Source: Candidatus Saccharimonadota bacterium
GTDB lineage: Bacteria > Patescibacteriota > Saccharimonadia > UBA4664
DNA length: 64,000 nucleotides
Direction: 5' to 3'
Assembly (NCBI GenBank): GCA_019352195.1
Contig: JACAFG010000004.1
Location: 21,024 to 85,023, forward strand
Shown: positions 58,783 to 64,000 of the stretch, piece by piece
Numbering within the stretch: the stretch's first letter is position 1
How the letters are laid out: every line of letters starts with the position of its first letter
Position numbers and translations under genes: made by a program
The notes under the pieces: model-generated
Databases searched by the model: none
What the model was told of the DNA's origin: nothing
The model's input: only the letters and a program-made list of their open reading frames with translations

Positions 58783-59544
58783 ATGACATCCGAAACCGTT
58801 ATCAAAGTTACCGATCTTAAGAAGAGCTATGCCGAGTTTGAGGCTGTCCGAGGTATTAGTTTTACCGTCAAAAAAGGCGAAGTTTTTGGTATTTTAGGTC
58901 CCAACGGTGCCGGTAAAACCACTACCCTCGAAATGATGGAAGGTTTGCGTGATATCACGGGCGGCAGCGTCAGCATTGCCGGCATTGATGTGGCTGAAAA
59001 TATTGAACAAATCAAAGAAATTATTGGAGTGCAGCCGCAAAACTCTGCCTTTTTAGATGAGGCTAAACTCACCGAACTCATTGGCGCGTTTGCCTCAATG
59101 TACGGTACCAAAGTTAACGCCATCGAGCTATTAGAAAAGGTTGGGCTCGAGGGTAAAGCCAAAAGCTACGCCGAAAAGCTTTCGGGTGGCCAGCGCCAGC
59201 GTTTTAGTATCGCCGTAGCCTTAGTCCATCAGCCCAAAGTATTGTTTCTCGACGAACCAACCACTGGCCTCGATCCTCAGGCGCGCCGCAACTTGTGGGA
59301 TCTGGTGAAAAGCATTCGCGACGGAGGTGTCACCGTTATTCTCACCACGCACTATATGGAAGAAGCACAGGTGCTATGCGACCGCATCGCCATTATGGAT
59401 GAAGGCAAAATTGTCGCCCTAGATACTCCCGAGAGTCTCATCGATGCGCTGCTTGGCCGCGGCTTTAAGCCACATACCAAGGTGCAAGCTGCGTCGCTCG
59501 AGGACGTCTTCATTGACCTTACCGGTAAGGATTTACGAGAATGA
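58783..59544 (+). CDS. ABC transporter ATP-binding protein (ABC-2 exporter type).
   Basis: Walker A GPNGAGKTT, signature LSGGQRQR, Walker B VLFLDEPTTGLD. Confidence 0.9.
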   Translation: MTSETVIKVTDLKKSYAEFEAVRGISFTVKKGEVFGILGPNGAGKTTTLEMMEGLRDITGGSVSIAGIDVAENIEQIKEIIGVQPQNSAFLDEAKLTELIGAFASMYGTKVNAIELLEKVGLEGKAKSYAEKLSGGQRQRFSIAVALVHQPKVLFLDEPTTGLDPQARRNLWDLVKSIRDGGVTVILTTHYMEEAQVLCDRIAIMDEGKIVALDTPESLIDALLGRGFKPHTKVQAASLEDVFIDLTGKDLRE

Positions 59545-60659
59545 GCATTAGTCCAAAGCGCTATATTTTTACCACGTGGACGCTGTCGGTTATGTTTACG
59601 CGCCGGTATTTTCGCTCGCGAACAGCCCTCTTTTTCAGCATCCTATTTCCGCTCATTTTACTGTTTATTTTTGGCGGTATTTTTGGCAGCTCCAGCGGCA
59701 CGACATTTAATATCGCGGTTATCGATCAGGCTCACACCGACTTTTCTAAAACCTTTACCACCGAGCTCGGCCACGCGTCGGTCTTTAAAGTTAAACCAGC
59801 ATCTTCACTAACCGACGCTAAAGACCAACTGCAGCACTCATCCATCGACAGCATTATCGTGCTGCCAGCCGGATTTGGCGCCGTCTCTGCCACCACGCAT
59901 TATCCAAGTGGTGAGGCCCAAGTGCTTTACGATCCGTCTAATGCCACCGCCGGCCAAACCATTGGTTCAGTGATGGGCAGTATCTTAGATAAAACCAATT
60001 CCCAAATTACGGGTATTCAGCCGCCGCTCACGGTAACGACTGTTTCCTCGGGTACCTCAGGTCTGACCTCGTTTGACTATGAGTTTACTGGCCTGCTTGG
60101 TTTTTCGTTGCTTGGTATCGGTATTTTTGGGCCTATCAACACTCTCCCCGCACTCAAGAAGACCGGTGCCTTGCAGCGCTTTCGCACTACGCCGCTGCGT
60201 CCGCTGCAGTTTATTATTGCTTACATGGTCAGCTCACTAGCAGCCGGAGCCGTCTCTATCGCTATCCAATTTCTGGTGGCAGTTACGGTCTTCAAATTCC
60301 ACATGCATGGTAGCCTCCTCATCTTCGTCCTCTTTACCTTATTCGCAGCCATTATGATCTTTGGCTTTGGTATGGCGGTAGGCGGTTGGGCCAACGACGA
60401 GAAACAATCGGCGCCGCTTGGCAACCTCGTGACTTTCCCCATGATGTTTTTGTCCGGCGTCTTCTTCCCCGTATTTCTCATGCCTATCTGGCTGCAAAAG
60501 ATCTCGGCCTTCATTCCACTCACCCCAGCCATTGATGGTATGCGGATGATTGCGACACAAGGTAAAACCTTTATTGATCTCGGGCCACAACTTGCCATTA
60601 TGGGGGCATGGACGATTCTCATTTATTTCCTCGCATTCAAACTTTTCCGCTGGGAATAA
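59541..60659 (+). CDS. ABC-2 family transporter permease.
   Basis: 6-TM permease with a large extracytoplasmic loop after TM1; ATGA overlap with the ATPase gene. Confidence 0.8.
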   Translation: MSISPKRYIFTTWTLSVMFTRRYFRSRTALFFSILFPLILLFIFGGIFGSSSGTTFNIAVIDQAHTDFSKTFTTELGHASVFKVKPASSLTDAKDQLQHSSIDSIIVLPAGFGAVSATTHYPSGEAQVLYDPSNATAGQTIGSVMGSILDKTNSQITGIQPPLTVTTVSSGTSGLTSFDYEFTGLLGFSLLGIGIFGPINTLPALKKTGALQRFRTTPLRPLQFIIAYMVSSLAAGAVSIAIQFLVAVTVFKFHMHGSLLIFVLFTLFAAIMIFGFGMAVGGWANDEKQSAPLGNLVTFPMMFLSGVFFPVFLMPIWLQKISAFIPLTPAIDGMRMIATQGKTFIDLGPQLAIMGAWTILIYFLAFKLFRWE

Positions 60660-60750
60660 GCCCGTCACCGCCTGCATATACGCGGCATGCTTGGACTAAG
60701 GCCACCGTTATCGTGTAAGATAGGGCTTATCTAGTGAAGGAACTCATACT

Positions 60751-61401
60751 GTGTCGCGACAAGCCCAAATCATGATCGGCGCTCTCGTTCTTATTGTGGG
60801 CGGCATGATCGCGCTCTTTGTCTTTGGCGGCGGCAATTCGGCCGCTCCGCTCCCAGCCGTTGATCCTAGTAAGCTCGTGCGGGCCGATTCGCATACCACC
60901 GGCTCTGGTACCACCACGCTGGTTGAGTTTGGTGATATCCAGTGTCCCGCTTGTGGCGTCGCCGAACCATGGGTTCAGCAGGCCCGCACCGACTTTGCCG
61001 GCAAAGTTACTTTCGTCTTCCGCAATTTCCCGCTCACCCAACTCCACCCCAACGCCATGAACGCCGCCGAGGCCGTCGAGGCTGCTGGCTCGCAGGGTAA
61101 GTACTGGGAAATGCACGATAAGCTCTACGCCACTCAAGCAGAATGGAGCAACTTATCAGACCCTTCGGCCCAATTTGTAATTTATGCCACGGCCGTTGGT
61201 GTACCCGACATTGCTAAGTTCAAGAGCGACATTGCAGCCAAGGCGTTTGCTTCCCGCATTCAAGAGGACGTAGACGATGGCAACGCTCTGGGCATTAACG
61301 CTACACCAACCTTCTTTATCAACGGCGTACAGCAAACCAGTATCGCCAGCTACTCCGACCTCAAGAATGCTCTAAATGCAGGCATCAAGGCCAAAAAATG
61401 A
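60751..61401 (+). CDS. DsbA-family thiol:disulfide oxidoreductase (membrane-anchored, BdbD-like).
   Basis: N-terminal TM helix; the thioredoxin-fold active site is CPAC (the C-x-x-C motif). Confidence 0.8.
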   Translation: MSRQAQIMIGALVLIVGGMIALFVFGGGNSAAPLPAVDPSKLVRADSHTTGSGTTTLVEFGDIQCPACGVAEPWVQQARTDFAGKVTFVFRNFPLTQLHPNAMNAAEAVEAAGSQGKYWEMHDKLYATQAEWSNLSDPSAQFVIYATAVGVPDIAKFKSDIAAKAFASRIQEDVDDGNALGINATPTFFINGVQQTSIASYSDLKNALNAGIKAKK

Positions 61402-62141
61402 CCGAGCAGACGGTTGACGAAGTAAAGTCTTCACGTCGACTCGAGCGCATCCTTGGTTTCATCATTGCGCTCATCTTGCTCGTTGGTGTGGGCGGTTATG
61501 CTCTAGCTTATGGCCTTTCGCCAGCTAGCATCCGCAACCCACAGCACACCCACAGTCATTTTCGCCTCATCGTTAGCAATAGCGGCAGCGTTGTGAACTT
61601 TGGAGCGGCGGCGTTTCAAACCGAGTACAGCAAAGACATCTGCAGCGCCGCCCTGACCAAACAGCCTATTCACTTCCATGACAATATTAGCCAGTATGGC
61701 CATCTTCACTGGGCTAACATGACAGGCGGGCTGATTCTCAAAAACTATGGTTGGAACTTCATTGGCGGACTGCCAGATACCCTTGGGTATCGGTTTGATG
61801 AGGGCGTCTTGCCGCAGCGCGTACCAATTCATGGCAATTCTTTGCCGACCCGCGCCAGCGGCGTCTCGTACTTCGTTTACACCGGAACAGCCGCTAATCA
61901 CTCTGCTCGCAGTTGGAGCAATTTCTTAAACCAGCCGCTGACGACGTTTCTTGCGAGCAGCCAGATCTTAGATCCTAACGAAGATCCTGCGACGCTTCAG
62001 GCAGACGAACGTGCCGTCGGTATCAATGACGTTTCAGGTAATGTAGTAATTTTTGTTCAGCCCGCGGCCCCCACCGCGGCGCAAGTAACCGCGGTGTTTG
62101 CTTCGCTCAAGCCGCTTCCTGAGAGCGCCTGCGAAGGCTAA
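61398..62141 (+). CDS. Hypothetical membrane-anchored protein translationally coupled to the DsbA-like gene.
   Basis: ATGA overlap; single N-terminal TM helix; a His-rich stretch HFHDNISQYGHLHW and a C-terminal Cys (ESACEG). Confidence 0.4.
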   Translation: MTEQTVDEVKSSRRLERILGFIIALILLVGVGGYALAYGLSPASIRNPQHTHSHFRLIVSNSGSVVNFGAAAFQTEYSKDICSAALTKQPIHFHDNISQYGHLHWANMTGGLILKNYGWNFIGGLPDTLGYRFDEGVLPQRVPIHGNSLPTRASGVSYFVYTGTAANHSARSWSNFLNQPLTTFLASSQILDPNEDPATLQADERAVGINDVSGNVVIFVQPAAPTAAQVTAVFASLKPLPESACEG

Positions 62142-62596
62142 CTTGCACTCACCGCTGTAATTTTGGCCTGCAACGCGGCCAGATCGGCATCGGGCATTTT
62201 AGCGCCCTCCACGGTGGTGAGGTAGCCAACGTAGGTCGGATAAAATTCAGTATGGCTACTTCCAACTTCAGTTTGGGCCCCCAGCGTGCCATGAAGGGGA
62301 TACAGTTTGGCATGCACGTGCGCCACGCCCGTACCCTCAAACACCATTGCCACGCGTGGGGTATCAAGCGCTTTTTCCAGCAGTTTGGCGACGGTAGTGG
62401 CAGCCGTTAGTAGCTCAGCCTGCGCCGAGGCTTCCAAATCAAAGATATAGTCGCCCGGATTAGTTTTTGGAATTACCACTGTGGCGCCAGGTGTATTGGG
62501 GAAAGGTGTCAAAAATGCCAAATGCTTATCGTCTTCCCATATTGGCCAGCTCGGTAGGTCACCGCTCACAATTTTGTCGAAAATAGTTTCAGCCAT
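62138..62596 (-). CDS. HIT family protein (histidine triad nucleotide hydrolase or transferase).
   Basis: HxHxHxx motif in GTGVAHVHAKLYP. Confidence 0.8.
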   Translation of the reverse strand: MAETIFDKIVSGDLPSWPIWEDDKHLAFLTPFPNTPGATVVIPKTNPGDYIFDLEASAQAELLTAATTVAKLLEKALDTPRVAMVFEGTGVAHVHAKLYPLHGTLGAQTEVGSSHTEFYPTYVGYLTTVEGAKMPDADLAALQAKITAVSAS

Positions 62597-62871
62597 ATAT
62601 CCTCCGTAGTTGTGCGCTCACTATAGCATTTGTCACGAAGCCCCGGTGCCATAAGGCAGCCGGGGCAGTGGTTTCGGCCGGCGGTCAGGCCGATCCAAGG
62701 TCGCGAGAGCTAACTCGTAACCACCTCACGAGTTACTATCAGATCGGTCTGGCCGCTAGATATGGGACTTAGCAACAGATCACCTCCTCTCGTTAATGTG
62801 ATTGTATTATAACGCTTTTGCTCGCGCTGAAAAGTACAGCGGGTGGTTTGCTCTTTCGAGCAAACCACCCG

Positions 62872-63495
62872 CTAGTAGTGATGATCTTGAAACCGCCTCG
62901 GATGATTACTGGCGCGGTGCCAGGTTCGTCCGACAATCTTGGTACTGGGCTTAATACTGAGCACGAGCGCCACAGCGGCTCCCACGAGAGCGCCCCAGAA
63001 GTTGAACCGTCCGTCGCCGGTTAGCCAGGCGAGGACCGATGCCACGGCCACAGTAATAGCCAGGACTGCGTCTATTACGACATGCCAATCAAAGCCGTCG
63101 TGGCCGCCATGGGCTTCGATGCGCGGGTGCCAAAACCGGGCGAGAGCAAACGCCACGATGGCACTGCCAACACCGATGGCTGCTGGAATCCAACTCGTGC
63201 CGTCGCTCGGCTGAGCCAGTCCGCCAATGGCAAAGAAGACGATTGATCCGAGTGCCGCCAGCTCTACGCCTTCGCGAAGGTAGCACGAGAAAGCGTGAAC
63301 GCGTGACCGCTCGAGTCTGACGCTCAGCAGGCCACCGGCCAGAAACATGACCCCGTCAAAGGCTGTTTCGTAGCCAAGCGCACTAATGCTCGACGACTGA
63401 AGATGTCGGGCGATCGGAATCAGTACGGCCGCCAAAACTAAAAACGACACGCCCGCCCAGACCACAGGTTGCAACTTTCGGCCCTTGTCGGCCAT
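62872..63495 (-). CDS. Hypothetical 5-6 TM membrane protein, possibly a divergent metal transporter.
   Basis: Hydrophobic helices with an HGGHDG motif; weak resemblance to ZIP transporters only. Confidence 0.35.
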   Translation of the reverse strand: MADKGRKLQPVVWAGVSFLVLAAVLIPIARHLQSSSISALGYETAFDGVMFLAGGLLSVRLERSRVHAFSCYLREGVELAALGSIVFFAIGGLAQPSDGTSWIPAAIGVGSAIVAFALARFWHPRIEAHGGHDGFDWHVVIDAVLAITVAVASVLAWLTGDGRFNFWGALVGAAVALVLSIKPSTKIVGRTWHRASNHPRRFQDHHY

Positions 63496-63611
63496 AGGTA
63501 CTCACCGCCACTCCAGATAGGGGATAGATGTGGTGGCAATTATAGCGCTTAGGGTCACACATGCTCAAGCATGCAAAGGGCTAGGAATCACGGCCCGCAA
63601 CAGTTTGAAAC

Positions 63612-64000
63612 CTAGCCGAGCTTCACCCGCGTCACCAAAAATATCAGTACGGTGCCAGCAATTGTTAAGACCAGCGTGATCCGCGATGGATGTTTGGCAT
63701 GCGCCTCGGGCAAAATATCTGAGGCGCCAATGTAGAGCAAAAAGCCGGTAAAAAATCCCAAATATATCAGTAAATGCTGGTCTGACAAGTGAAAAAACAA
63801 GGTAGAGGCGGCTCCCAGCAATGGGGTAGTCGCGTCTAATAGCAACAGCCACAGGCTCTTTTTAGTGGAATTGCCGTTCATGAGCATGAGTGTGACGGTA
63901 TTGAGGCCATCCGAAAAATCGTGCGCAATTACCGCCACTGCCACGGCCAAACCAACGCCGGTATTCACCTGGAACGCGAGTCCAATTCCCACACCATCCA
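63612..64000 (-). CDS. ZIP family metal transporter, C-terminal portion only (the N-terminus lies beyond the window end).
   Basis: ZIP signature region AVAVIAHDFSDGLNTV and ASDILPEAH. Confidence 0.65.
   Translation of the reverse strand, partial: DGVGIGLAFQVNTGVGLAVAVAVIAHDFSDGLNTVTLMLMNGNSTKKSLWLLLLDATTPLLGAASTLFFHLSDQHLLIYLGFFTGFLLYIGASDILPEAHAKHPSRITLVLTIAGTVLIFLVTRVKLG

Overview
The window starts at a chromosomal replication-origin neighbourhood: dnaA on the minus strand, divergent from rpmH-rnpA-yidC-jag, with DnaA-box-like 9-mers in the shared intergenic region. Next comes a roughly 17.5 kb cell-envelope glycan locus. It carries GT4 and GT2 transferases, an ABC-2 Wzm/Wzt exporter with an extended Wzt C-terminal domain, a zinc-ribbon SAM methyltransferase, rmlA/rmlB, a frameshifted P-loop kinase, a cupin, and an acyltransferase-3 membrane protein. 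Embedded in it is a Gtr/Arn-like three-component extracytoplasmic glycosylation module: a polyprenol-phosphate GT2, a small 4-TM flippase-like protein, a large GT-C/YfhO-like membrane protein, and a DUF2304 protein. After VanW, lexA and cfa, a tRNA-Asn(GTT) precedes a copper-homeostasis block. That block has a DsbD_2-family permease fused to a Cys2Met2 cupredoxin-like domain, a CSSC CopZ, a second cupredoxin-like protein, a CopA P1B-ATPase without HMA domains, and a SHOCT protein. The central part of the window (about 31 to 41 kb) looks like an accessory, decaying region. It contains a low-GC HD-hydrolase gene bracketed by two perfect 15-bp hairpins. It contains a TrpF-like pseudogene with a frameshift plus an in-frame TAG. 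It contains an unannotated 39-aa Cys-rich ORF with a strong SD, and a gene graveyard holding an ATP-cone remnant and a GH130-like C-terminal remnant. There are also several hypothetical and membrane proteins and a 37-bp perfect palindrome. The final third holds an unusual F1Fo ATP synthase operon. It has b, delta, alpha, gamma, beta and epsilon subunits, with a YjjX-like NTPase inserted between gamma and beta and no recognisable a or c subunit genes. It is preceded instead by a secreted beta-rich protein ending in a c-subunit-like TM hairpin that lacks the carboxylate. After it come a tiny twin-arginine-signal ORF, tatA/tatC, an ABC-2 exporter pair, a DsbA-like protein with a coupled unknown partner, a HIT protein and a partial ZIP transporter. 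No CRISPR array, transposase or integrase was seen. TAG terminates dnaA, lexA and copA, so the in-frame TAGs in the pseudogenes are read as genuine nonsense lesions.
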